This document shows positions 50,333 through 62,035 of a stretch of 64,000 bases of DNA, one piece after another. Location of the stretch: positions 8,556,001 through 8,620,000 of the forward strand of contig NC_045705.1 of assembly GCF_009834535.1 (NCBI RefSeq), given 5' to 3'. The position numbers were made by a program, and so were the translations under genes. A model generated the notes under the pieces. It saw only the letters and a program-made list of their open reading frames with translations. It had not been told where the DNA came from and ran no database searches. Position 1 is the stretch's first letter; every line of letters begins with the position of its first letter. This DNA comes from Camelus ferus (taxonomy: Eukaryota).

Positions 50333-50526
50333 AAAATAAAGTAATGTACGTTTCTTTTGAACCATTTCACATTTAAGTTGTTTTGGCTTTTTTTTTTTCC
50401 TCCAGAAGGTAAAACTCAACTCAATCTCCTTCCCCGAGGCACAGCCTCGAGCTCCTGGCAGATTTGTACAAAGTACACCAACTGCTCCTCAGACTCCTCT
50501 TCTAAGGATGCCAGTGGTTCATGTCA

Positions 50527-50643
50527 TCACAGGTAGAAGAGAGAACTGGCTAATTCCAGATTTGGTTCCTTATGAATGCTTTGTGCCACCAGGAAGGTCA
50601 GCTTGTGTGCGTACTGACACGGAGCCGGGACACTGATTAGGCC
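50527..50643 (-). CDS. PIWIL4: PIWIL4 last coding exon: [38 protein letters not shown]
   Basis: Found by manual translation. Acceptor tcctcag, 39 codons ending TGA, followed by a second [13 protein letters not shown] catalytic-His motif and the PIWI-type C-terminus LFYL. Confidence 0.97.
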   Translation of the reverse strand, partial: GLISVPAPCQYAHKLTFLVAQSIHKEPNLELASSLFYL

Positions 50644-51157
50644 CTGAGGAGGGAAAAGTATTGACAGTAGCTAAGAGGATAACCTGCGCTTCAGAGTGAT
50701 TTCTTCTCCTGAGTTTTTTCATCCACTAGTTACCTATACGACAGAAAGCGGCATCAGTCCTTAATAACTAAAAACAACCACCCAAGGGCAACCTTGTTCC
50801 CTGGGAACTTGCATTCACTGGGCAGGATGGGGGTGGGGAGGGCCAGTCTGGTTTCATTGTGCCAAGACCTGGGAGCCACACACTTAGGGCTCATCAAAGT
50901 TTCCTGTGACTTGATGTTCCAAGGGGCTCAGAGCAAATCTTGGCTTTAGACTTTGAGAGCATCTCTGGGCTTAATGCCCGGGAACACAGGACAGAGCCAG
51001 GTCTGTTACTTTCCCACCAGACACAACATCTGAGTTGGTTTCAACTTCCTCACCTGTAACTTGGAAATAGCAATGTCCTGGTTTCCTCCCAGGCTGCACT
51101 GGCATAAGATAACGCATATAATAAAGTCTTCTAGAAATCATCAATGCCAATGCATTA

Positions 51158-51283
51158 TTTTTTGTGGTGGGGGGAGTAATTAGGTTTATTTCTTTATTTA
51201 TTCTTAATGGAGGTACTGGGGATTGAACCCAGCACCTTGTGCATGCATGCTAAGCGTTCACTCTACCACTGAGCTATACCCTC
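51158..51283 (-). mobile_element. Vic-1-type SINE in the last PIWIL4 intron
   Basis: Reverse body; TSD core aatgcatta (51149-51157, 51292-51300). Confidence 0.92.
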
Positions 51284-51319
51284 AGGCAATTAATGCATTA
51301 TAATAGTTATTGTTCTGGA

Positions 51320-51402
51320 GGGGAGGGTAGAGCTCAGTGGTAGAGTGCAAGCTTAGCATGCACGAGGTCCTGGGTTCAAACCCCAGCACCTCCATTAAAA
51401 AA
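51320..51402 (+). mobile_element. Vic-1-type SINE (short-tailed), head-to-head with the previous copy
   Basis: ggggagggtagagctcagtgg...ggttcaaaccccagcacctccattaaaaa. Confidence 0.92.
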
Positions 51403-51598
51403 TAAGTTATTATTTTCCGTCTATGACAGACTGGGTTTCACCTGCTGTGGAATTAGGGAGTCATTCATTTATGCATCCCTCCTCTGTGAAAAGCAAGGCT
51501 TTGTGCCGGGGGTCAGGACGCAGAGGTGAATCAGGTGACAGTCCCTGGGTGGGCACCTGGAGTGCCAGACTGCACCCAGGTGAAGAGCCGCCACTCAC

Positions 51599-51746
51599 CG
51601 GCCAGTTGTAGTACAGGTGGCACAGTTTGAACGTGAGTCTCTGCATGTGATCGGGCTTCAGGCCGTTGTCATCGTAGATGACGTTGTAGTAGGTGGGGCT
51701 AACGGTTCCGCGACAGGCGGCCTGGCTGATCAGGTAGAAGTCATAC
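51599..51746 (-). CDS. PIWIL4: PIWIL4 penultimate coding exon: [49 protein letters not shown]
   Basis: Lies within ORF 51461..52027. Acceptor ccctcag, donor gtgagt, 148 nt, phase 2/0. Conserved YDFY and GTVSPT motifs. Confidence 0.97.
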
Positions 51747-51853
51747 CTGAGGGGGGACGGGAGGACTGTGAGGATGGAGGCACGGGGAACGGGGCCGAGC
51801 CGGACAACGCGCAGGGACCATTTTGTTAAAAGCGGATCTTCTAACAGACTTGC

Positions 51854-51979
51854 CATTCGGGCCGCGTTGCTTCCGAATCCACGATGGTGCCGAGGGGTGG
51901 GTTCTGCACAGTTCGGCCCGATTCCATCAAGAACCGGGACAGGCACTTCTTCCTGACCACAATCACCGACAGTCTGGGG
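51854..51979 (-). CDS. PIWIL4: PIWIL4 coding exon: (S)[41 protein letters not shown](W); ends at a GC donor
   Basis: Lies within ORF 51841..52044. Acceptor ggttcccag, 126 nt, phase 2/2. Frame continuity with the next exon requires the donor TG|GCAAGT. Confidence 0.95.
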
Positions 51980-52149
51980 CTGGGAACCAGAGAGGCAAAA
52001 ATACAAGATGGAGAGGGCGTAAACCAAGCCAGGCAGCTTCCCATTTAGGTATTTATCTTGGGGTAACTTTGAAATAAAATAATGTCATTAGCAAAACACA
52101 GAAAATAAAAATTATCCCCATCTCCCCTCCCCCAGAGAGACATACAATT

Positions 52150-52624
52150 TTTTAATTAATTTATTTTTAATTGAAGTATAGTGAGTTTACAATATTGTGT
52201 CAATTTCTGGTGTACAGCATAATGTTTCAGTCATACATATACTGTTCTTTTTCATATTCTTTTTCATTATAGGTCACTATAAGATATTGAATATAGCTCC
52301 CTATGTTATACAGCAGAAACTTGTTGTTTATCTATTTTATATGTAGTCATTAGTATCTGCAAATCTTGAACTACCAATTTATCCCTTCCCACTCCCTTCC
52401 TGCACTGGCAACTATGAATTTGTTTTCTATGTCTGTGAGTCTGTTTCTGTTTTGTAAACAACTACATTTGTGTCTCTTTTTTTTAGATTCCACATGTGAG
52501 TGATATCATATGGTATTTTTCTTTCTGTTTCTGGCTTACTTCACTTAGAATGATGATCTCTAGGTCTATGCATGTTGCTGCAAGTGGCATTATTTTATTC
52601 TTGTTTATGGCTGAGTAGTATTCC

Positions 52625-52676
<52 letters not shown>

Positions 52677-52690
52677 CCACAATTTCTTTT
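52150..52690 (-). mobile_element. Cetartiodactyl L1 3' fragment with (TG)n in a PIWIL4 intron
   Basis: ORF 52483..52680 MEYYSAINKNKIMPLAATCIDLEIIILSEVSQKQKEKYHMISLTCGI is the L1 ORF2 C-terminus. Confidence 0.92.
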
Positions 52691-54075
52691 CTAATTTTTT
52701 AGATCATATAATTTTTTAAATTAAGGATTGTCTTCATTTGTTACAAAAGTATGTTATGCCCAGTCATTTGACCTGTTTACATCATTTAAGGGAGAGGAAT
52801 GGTTAACAGGACAATAAACTATAATTAGCACTTCTAAAGAAAGATTTTCCAGAATGATCTATGGAGACAAGATTTTTTTTCCCATTAGCAACAGTCTCCC
52901 TATTTCCACCTTCACTCTGAAGAGCAAAGGGAGAACCACAAGTCCCTCTTACCCCTCAAATCACTGCTTCTGAATCCTGCAAAACACATGCCTGGGTGGA
53001 TGGACAGATGGACCAAATACACATTGGGGCCAAATGCTGAATGATCAAAAGTCAAGTCAGTATTTGGTAAACTCCAAATTCAAATATTCACCATCATGGA
53101 AGAAACCTCTAGGATGCAACGATCCCTCTGAAATTTCATTTTAAACATTTCAATTATTTTTAAAATATATTAATGTTTTCAATCTTGAAACTTTTTAAAA
53201 GTTGAAGTTACAGTGCAAGAGAACTAACTCCTTAGCACTGTCAGCTAAATCTACTCCTGTGATCCCTAAACTGCACTGCTGGTGATTCTTAATAGGTCAG
53301 TGGGGAGTGAGAAATTTTGGCTCTGACAGTTTGGATGCAGATAGAGATGGTTCCGCCCCCAAGTTATCAGGTTCTCCCTCTTCTCTGAGGTCACAGATGA
53401 GGTCAAGGCTCAGCTTCCTTGTGGCTTGTGGCTGCGACGCTTTGGTTCATGGTGGGGACAATGGTATAACTCTCCAGACAAGGACTATGCACTGCTTGGA
53501 ATAAGATGCTTTCCGAGTATTTTAAGAAGCCAACTTAAAATTGTCATCCTCCTCCATTTTCCAGTTCTAATATTTTTCTCACACTCGCCACTTGGCATCA
53601 TTGTGTAAGAAAATGTACTAAAACGTCGAATCTAGGAATGTGATGGCGAAGCAAGGTGTCTGGTGTTTAGGGTGGTCTGGTTTCCACACACAGCCCCGCT
53701 CTCACGGTACCCACGCTGCATCAGTGTCTGCACTGCAGAGGCTTCTGCCCTGTGTGCTGACTTGGGCCTCAAATTTGAAGCCATCACTTGTTTTTTTCCC
53801 CCTAGCATGTTAATATGTATGAAGCATCTCCAGCTGCTAGCAGCCCTCCGGGCTTCCTGCTGAATCTCAGTGTCAGCTGCACTGGAGGAAACCTGCCTTC
53901 CTCTGGTGCCCCCAGCCACGGCCCCCAAAAGCTTACACCATCCCAACTGTTTACATAAGACCATCGAAAATACCCTCTAATCTAGGGGAACCCACCCAGT
54001 TGTACCTTGCACAATACAGAAACAGAGTGAAACTGAACTGCGTGGAAAAAAAAAAGAGAGAGATGCTGGCATTTA

Positions 54076-54375
<300 letters not shown>

Positions 54376-55676
54376 TTAAATAGTTATCTATTTCATACCC
54401 CCGTGAAGTAGGGTCATACTCAATTGGGCTTGTATTTGCAATAATATAAAAACAGGTAACTTTGAGGAATATTCGTGCATCTCTGCTATTTGAGGGTTCG
54501 TAATGGTTTCTATGGCATAATATATTCTTGAACTTAGCACATCTCTTCAGTAAAATTTTAATATTTAAGCAATAAGTTAAAATTTAATTCATGTGACAGA
54601 CATACAAATTCCCCCAAACCGAATTAATACTAATTTAGTTTCTTGACATGTTTAAATCCTCTCTATAAGTATAGACTGGATAATTCTATGAATTTTCTAC
54701 CCCAGTGAGCACAAATATGAAAACATAGGAAAGGACCTGACTGTTCCTCTAAAAGCGTCCCTTCAACCAGACCCACCCATAAGTCTTGATGACAACATCA
54801 ACTCTGAAAAACATCCGGCCACTCTAACTAGGAATTGCCTAAAGAGCAGAGACCAGACAGTAACTGACTCCTACCTAACAAAAACTTTTCCTAACTACTG
54901 CAAGAAAAAAAGATGAGCAGGTTTTGAAGTGAGGGCGCAGTAATATGCTGCAGTAGTTCTCTTCACATCACACAATTGCTTTAGGAGACTTTATTGTCCA
55001 GGAAATTCATTTTAGTTTGATAGATGATGATCGTATTTGTAAGCCCATCACCAACACATTTCACCAAATTCACCTTTTTAGGAGACAAATATTTACAACG
55101 CCCAAAGTTTACAGATGGGACGACGCAGATCGAGGGAGGAAGGGAGTTGCACAGGTCACAGTAGTAGGGAGTGGTCAGGCCAGATTCCAGCCAGGGTTCG
55201 CGAGGGCATGGGAACCCCACATCCCGCTTTCCTCTGCATCCCGCCTTGAGGAGGGTGCCCTTCCCCATCTGCTGTCTTCCCCATCTTCTCCTGCCAGGAC
55301 ACACTGTCTGCCAGCATCCCCAGCCCCAGCCCCAAAGGCGTCCCTCCTATTTCTAGACCCAATGCTGGTCTGTCATAATCCTTGCTCCTCCAGAGTAGTT
55401 TTCTCTTGGCCTTCAAACCGCTTGCCAGAGCCACCAGCAGCTACCAACACTTTTGCCCCCTGGCTTTGAGTTTACCACCCATAGGCACACACATAAATTC
55501 TACAGAGACTGTTAGTCTGAGTCAGGCCACAGCTTTGGGGTCTCCAACTGGATGCCAGTTGACTCAGGCCAGCTTGAGGAGTCTGTTTCCAGCGGTCTGG
55601 TCTGCTAGAGGCTGATGGACTTTGGGTCTGAAGGAACAGTCCTCGGAGCCCACTCCCACTGAGACTGATTCAGTAC

Positions 55677-55747
55677 CGATCATGAAAACTTTCAAGCAAT
55701 CAGCAATATCCGTCGCTGCTCTCTGAAGGATACAGCGGGAAAACCAC
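55677..55747 (-). CDS. PIWIL4: PIWIL4 coding exon: [23 protein letters not shown](G)
   Basis: Lies within ORF 55564..55767. Acceptor gacttcag, donor gtactg, 71 nt, phase 2/1. Confidence 0.95.
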
Positions 55748-55959
55748 CTGAAGTCAGCAAAGAACAAAAGGAAGGCTCACCCTCAAAAGTCCTAATACAA
55801 ATATGCATTAGTGTTAAATTGCAAAACAGACATTATAAGTAAAAAACGATGTTCATAATTTTATATACTCCAGACTCGACGCGCAATTATATTAAAATAC
55901 TCTTCTCTCACAACCCCCCCAACCAAATAAAATTTACTGATACAAGAAACTAAAGCACA

Positions 55960-56170
55960 GTGGTAGCATCAGTCGTATCTGGGTTCAAATCCTGCTGGTA
56001 CACTCACCAGCTCCGTGACTTTGCTATGTGACCCTAGGCCTCAGTTTCCTCATCTGTACCAAGGAAATTTATCAGATAGTAAGGCAGTTAGTACCTCAAA
56101 GGGTTGTTGTCAAAATTAAATGAGATAATATGTACAGTACTTAGCACAGCACTTGGTACATAATAGGCAT
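55960..56170. mobile_element. MIR SINE (intronic)
   Basis: ctgggttcaaatcctgc...gcctcagtttcctcatctgta...aaattaaatgagataat. Confidence 0.8.
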
Positions 56171-56832
56171 TAATCAACAGAGGCCAGGATATTATTACTA
56201 TAAAGGAATTTATTCATTTAGCAGTCGATTGTCTACTTTTAAAATATTCAAAGATTTCTCAAGCATAAACTCCATTCCTACATGTGAGCTTTTGGGAACT
56301 GACATCTTAATATGATTAACTGACCATAAGTTCTCTTGCTGAAATTATTAATTAAAAGCACTTGGAAAATGAAGATCATGACTTAATGGTACACATGCAT
56401 CCACATTATCCTAGTTCTCCAACTCTGTGCGATAATAATGGCACAGTCAGAAATGCTGCCAACAAGCCACAGCTCCTGTACGTGCTTGATTAAGGAAGTA
56501 ACACGGAACAGGGACCGCATTCAACCAGGACTGAAATCGGAGGCACGCAGTTAGGCTGCTACGCTTCCTGTTTCCCACAATCCCAGATAAATACCCAATC
56601 ACAAATTTAATGGAGTAAATCAAATAGCTTAGTTCTAGGAAGAAAACATGTTACAAACAGCTTCAAAACACATTGTTTACTTACAGATATTGAAACATTT
56701 CTAAGAACTACAATTTAATATGTTCTATGAGTCAATGTTTAATGGGTTATCCCTAATCCTGCCTATGTTTTTAACAGTTGTGTGAACAACCACCACATCC
56801 AGCGTCTGCAAGCATTAAAAATAATAACAAGA

Positions 56833-56939
56833 GGGGGAGGGTGTAGCTCAAGTGGTAAAGCACATGCTTAGCATATACGAGGTCCTGGGTTCAATCCCCA
56901 GTACCTCCTCTAAAAATAATAAACCTAATTACCCCCCCC
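56833..56939 (+). mobile_element. Vic-1-type SINE (intronic)
   Basis: Perfect 14-bp TSD aaaaataataacaa (56817-56830, 56940-56953). Confidence 0.93.
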
Positions 56940-57411
56940 AAAAATAATAACAATAACAGCAAGCATGTATTAAGCATTTATACAGAATAAGTAAATGGCA
57001 GATCGGGATATAGATCCAGGCAATCTGATTCTCAGCTGCCTGATATAATGTATGTAAACTTCCCAGTACGGCGCCCAATAGAGGACAGGCGTTCAGGAAA
57101 GAAACGCACAAGAATTTCTACACAGCCACCATTTGGGAAATATGATTTGCATACGAGCAATAGCTGGCCCCAATGTTTGTATAAAAATAGCTTTCTAATG
57201 AGGTTACATTTTAGCTTCATTAAAATACTGGCTTAATGAAGCCAATATTATCAATCACATTTATACATACAGGCATAATTTATGACCATAAGTGTTCATA
57301 CTTAAAAAATGAGTGAAGAATATAAACTATTCCTTGCGGTATAGTCTTTCATTAAACCACGAGTAATAATCTAAATAATTGAGGAAGATGTTAGGGTCAT
57401 TGTAAAAGTAC

Positions 57412-57515
57412 CTGGTGATTCTGGGGTTAATACTGGCCACAAATCCAACCACCACCATTCCCTTGCTGCAAGCATCTTTGCAGACATCAATGCCAACCAC
57501 CATCAGGGACTTTAA
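57412..57515 (-). CDS. PIWIL4: PIWIL4 coding exon, start of PIWI domain with first catalytic Asp: [34 protein letters not shown](R)
   Basis: Lies within ORF 57327..57536. Acceptor tttacag, donor gtactt, 104 nt, phase 0/2. GID motif. Confidence 0.96.
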
Positions 57516-58454
57516 CTGTAAAGTGAAATTTTTCATGATTTAATGGAACACGGTATCATTTTCCCAAGCAATGATTTCATATGAAGTTTTTAAAAAGACT
57601 GTCCCTAGTCATTCAATTATTTAAGTTAAGCTATGTGCCAGGGAGATCAAGGTCCAGATGAGGCAGATTTTTAAACCACAAGCCAAAGAGACTTAAAGCC
57701 AGAGGAAAAATAGAGTACATACTACACTTAAGAGACCCACTGTGGTCCAAAGTGGCCACCATGCTTTGTGGGGGTGGGCAAGGGCCATCAGTGGCTTAAG
57801 GGATTCTGGCAAAGTGGTCAGTCCATCCATCTCCCTGACTCACAGCTGAAGGAGTCTGAAGAGAAATTCCACTCCCGGCTCTTCAGCTCTCTGAGCCCTC
57901 CCTTGTCTCTGCACCTCCCGGGGGCGCTGCTGGGGGTAATCTCAGACGTACAACCTGGTTATGGAAGCCTAAGGGGGTGGGCAGCATTCCCTCATCCCTC
58001 ACTACTTGGCTTCCTCCCGTGGGGGCCATGGTTCAGTTCCCAAAGCAGCCTGGACGCTCGGCTCACAGGCTCTGCCAGTTCCCCAAGCTCTAGGGAGGGG
58101 GTTCCCGTCAAGGTGGCACCTGGCCGAGAGCAAGTGAAGGAGCACAGATTATAAATTGCTGCTGGGAGTCTCCAAATCAGGTCCCTCCATACTCAGTCAA
58201 ACTAGATTTTCTTTCATGAAATACTCTGTGATCAGCTTAACTGAAGCTCTCTGAGAAGGGGGGCCACCCTCACCTTCCTGACGCCCTCCCGCTGGCTTGC
58301 GTCATGGAACTCAAGCGGACAAACCACAGGCACACCCAACAAACAAGATAGGTATTTCTAGGACCGCATGAAAATGGCTTCTAATTTGACTTAATTTTTA
58401 AAATGAATTAATAGACTGGCTGACGACTAAAAGGAAATGAGTGCCGGCGCTCAC

Positions 58455-58652
58455 AGGAATCTCCACGGCCCACAGCTCGCCCCCGAGTTTACAGGTCATC
58501 TGCATGGCGATCTTGGTGGCCACACTCATCATCATCCCCTGTTTGTTCAGCGTCTGAGCGAGCACACACTGGCTCGGGACTGGGCAGTCGGAGCTCAAGT
58601 ATTTTTTAATGCAATCATAGTAGTTCTTCTGAGAAGGCAGAACACACATTAC
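58455..58652 (-). CDS. PIWIL4: PIWIL4 coding exon, MID 5'-phosphate pocket: [66 protein letters not shown]
   Basis: Lies within ORF 58398..58649. Acceptor tttag, donor gtgagc, 198 nt, phase 0/0. Contains PIWI-family Y..IKK, PSQCV and KxGGELW motifs. Confidence 0.97.
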
Positions 58653-59449
58653 CTAAACGCAAGCAAACAAACAAACAGAACCAAAATTTAAAACAAACAA
58701 ACAAAAACAGGAGAAAAGAAAGTCAGTTAACTTATGCTTAGAGGAAGCTTTAAAAGATAAACAACGAATACATGGATTCTCCAAACATTTTTTGCCCTTA
58801 AGATCCCAAGAAGCAAGCATTAACACACTACAGCGCTTCTCTTAAATGGCCTTTAAAGAACAAAGACTCCAAGACGTTTGAAATGCCTCCTCAACTCCCA
58901 TCCGCTCTGCAAACCCCCTCTCCAATCCCACCACCTCTCTTGGCTCTTCCTTCCTCCTTGTTTCTCTACCGATTTGATTCTGTCCGTCTCCTCAGATTCC
59001 TTTCTCTCCTGGCCCTTCCTCCAGCTAGCTACCTCCCTTGCGGGCAGTGCCCACCCAAGGGGCTCTCCAGGTCTGCCCCCCACTGCCACCTCTCCAGCTC
59101 CATCCACGGAAAGCAAAGTGGAAAATTAGCTTAAATTGTGGTCTTTTTCCCAGTAGGCACTGGACAGCTGAAATAAAAGCAGCAAGCACAAATTTTTTGT
59201 TGACTAGAACTTGGGTGTAGGGTCTGAGGGGAGGGCAAATAAGGAGAAAGAAGCTTCAGGGCCCTGGTATTTTTAAATTCCACCCTCCTCTGCCACTGTC
59301 TCTACTTCCTACCAGGTATTTCCTCATAGAAGGACCTCTCCTGGCCTGACTCCATCTTCTTCCTATCTTTTATTCTCTGCTTTCAAAAACCCCCAAATTA
59401 TAGAAAAGATAATGATTAACAGGAAAAAAAAGTGATTTTGTTTTCACCT

Positions 59450-61290
59450 ACAGAACTCTTCAAAATCATGTTAGGGCTATAATTATCTCTATGTAATTAA
59501 AGTAAGGCAAATATTTTTTAATTGTCATCAATGTTCTTAGGGGTCTTCCTGCCTTCCATCCTACGAATCTGGGGACAAGCAAGGTAGGTGGCAGAACAAG
59601 GCGGTGGCCCAGTAAGGACCAGGGCCAAAAGAAGGTGGGAGCCAAGTGAGATTGGTTACACACCAGGGACGGAGAAGTAAGAAGTATGTGGAAGATAGTA
59701 AGAGCCATGTTTCTCACTATCAGAGAAAAGAGGGGCAAATACAGAAAGCGGGAACACTTTCCCGTGGCACTGGATTGGAACTAGGAGTGTAAGCACGTGT
59801 TTTTAATATTTCAATTTTTTATTAAATATTTCAATATATGTATAGCTACATACAGTAATACAATAGATACCAGTGTGCATGTATGCACATATATGAGACA
59901 CAAACACGTGTATATTTCCTAGCTTTGCCCACTGAGAAAGCCTATGGGCGATGACCCCCCCCCCCAGTAGCAAATAAGCACCCCCAGTGCCCAGATCTTG
60001 GTTACTAAACGCTGTTCTCTACCAAAAGGAATCGGGGCTCATTGGAGAAATACCTGATTCCACAGCTGGGCAGCAAAACGTCAAGATTAACGTGGAACCT
60101 CTTACTGCGCCATACAGTGAGAAAGTGTTCCAAAAAAGATGGAGACATGTCAAAAAGACCCAGAAGCCAGCCTCAGCGGGGCTCCCACTGGCAAAACTGG
60201 GGACAATTTGGACATCAAAATAAAGAACAGTAGTAATAGACTTTTAAGCTGGTTAAATAAAATAGGGATCCATGAACCCACACTGATGCCATTAAACGAA
60301 CAAAGAAACGAGAAGAAGAGAAAGCTCTTCCTTTTAATATAATGCTACCTAACAAATGCAGAAGGAAGTACGAAATTAGAAAGCCACCATCATAGCAGTA
60401 GCGGATTCCGACAAGAAGTATCAATGGATTTTAAAACTAGTGGTAAAACCTTGATGAGGAACAGGATATTTACATAGTCTCAAATTATCTCCCTACCGAA
60501 AAAAAAAAAAAAACTAATTACAAAAGAAAAAAGAGTAACTTTACAGCGGAGAAACTTGACAGACAGCACCTTAATCAAGGGAGTGTCCCCGGTAAGATGC
60601 AATGAGAACGCAGAATTGTTGCTGCCATTCTCCTGCCAAAAGTGATAGCCTGATTTAATCATAAGGAAACATCAGACAAACCCAAACTGAGGGACATTAT
60701 ATAAAATAACTGGTCTATAAGCTTCAAAACTGGAAGGTCATCAAAGTCAAGGGAAAACTATGGAACCGTTCCAGATTGAAGGAGAGATTAAAGAGACAGG
60801 GCAACCAAGTGCAACATATTAGATACTTTGACTACAGAGGACATTTTGGGAACAAATGGACAAAGGTGAATGGAGTCTGTGGATTAGCTGGTCAATACCG
60901 CTCTCTGATTTTGATGGTGGTTCCATAGGAGAGAAACCTCGTGTAGGAAATGTGAGCAAAAGTATTTAGAGGATAATGGGCATCATGCCTGTAAATTACT
61001 CNNNNNNNNNNNNNNNNNNNNNNNNNNNNNNNNNNNNNNNNNNNNNNNNNNNNNNNNNNNNNNNNNNNNNNNNNNNNNNNNNNNNNNNNNNNNNNNNNNN
61101 NNNNNNNNNNNNNNNNNNNNNNNNNNNNNNNNNNNNNNNNNNNNNNNNNNNNNNNNNNNNNNNNNNNNNNNNNNNNNNNNNNNNNNNNNNNNNNNCAACA
61201 ATTGGGGAATCTGGGTGAAAGGTATACGGGAGTTCTTTGTACTATTCTTGCAACTTGTCTCCAAGTTTGATTTTACTTTTTTAAGTGAAA
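59450..61290 (+). mobile_element. L1MC/L1MD-type 3' UTR (intronic), with an N-gap
   Basis: gaaacatcagacaaacccaaactgagggacatt; ggaatctgggtgaaaggtatacgggagttctttgtactattcttgcaact. Confidence 0.75.
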
Positions 61291-62035
61291 GATGAATGCT
61301 CTTAGGGTAAGAACTTCCTTTGTTCATTATAATATCCTCCTACACCATTTTTTGTGTCTGACTTTAAAAGGGAGACAAAGAGAAAGCTAAACTCCTTCGC
61401 ATAAGCTGTGAACAGGAATGTGGGGAGTGGGGATGAAGGCGCTGGAGGAGACGGATCAGGAAAAGCCCTGCGGTACTGCATGCACACGCACACCACATAG
61501 CCCTCCGCACACACACACACACAGCACTTCAGGAAATGAAGCAGTTGTGGGTGCCCCTCAGGGTGATGCAATGCAGGAGGAAAAGGCACTCACGAAAGGG
61601 GGCAAGAATTCAGAGGAGGAAGGAACGTGGGGCCATAGGTGACATGGAAACATCCAAGAATCCCCTGAAACGCTGGGGGGAACACCAGGTGCCCCAACAT
61701 TAACGGGATAAGATGGAAGTCAATTTATCTTGAATCTTAAGTAAAAGATGACCACTACCCTCGACCCCGGCAGCATGATGAAAATTATGCAGGCATCCAA
61801 GACGCTGATACAGATGTAACAACAAGTATTTGGAAATGAATATTAGAAACATGAAAGGGAAATAAAATATTGCTTAAAATACTAAGACTAATACTTTCGT
61901 GGGTACTTGGGAAATGCACAGCAATTTGCAAACAAATTATGGAAGAATATGTTCAAATTCCTTCTTTCAATGCTGTTAGATATAAAGAAAAAATGAAAAT
62001 TATACATCAAAACACAAAAAGTATCTTGTACTCAC

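Larger units (their letters stand above)
49895..50526 (-). other. PIWIL4: Predicted PIWIL4 3' UTR (~600 nt), containing an antisense Vic-1 SINE
   Basis: No AATAAA or ATTAAA on the minus strand between the stop and the SINE. First hexamers are ATTAAA (50099-50104) and AATAAA (49917-49922). The 3' end is inferred, not observed. Confidence 0.65.

Noticed and set aside
51461-52027. 188-aa ORF as a single-exon PIWI protein or read-through isoform
   Set aside because: Only 51599-51746 is PIWI-like; the rest is out-of-frame exon and intron sequence.
58647-58654. Recursive splice site at AG|GTAATG
   Set aside because: The GT is simply the conserved Val codon starting the exon; the intron is short (~3.4 kb) and there is no other support.
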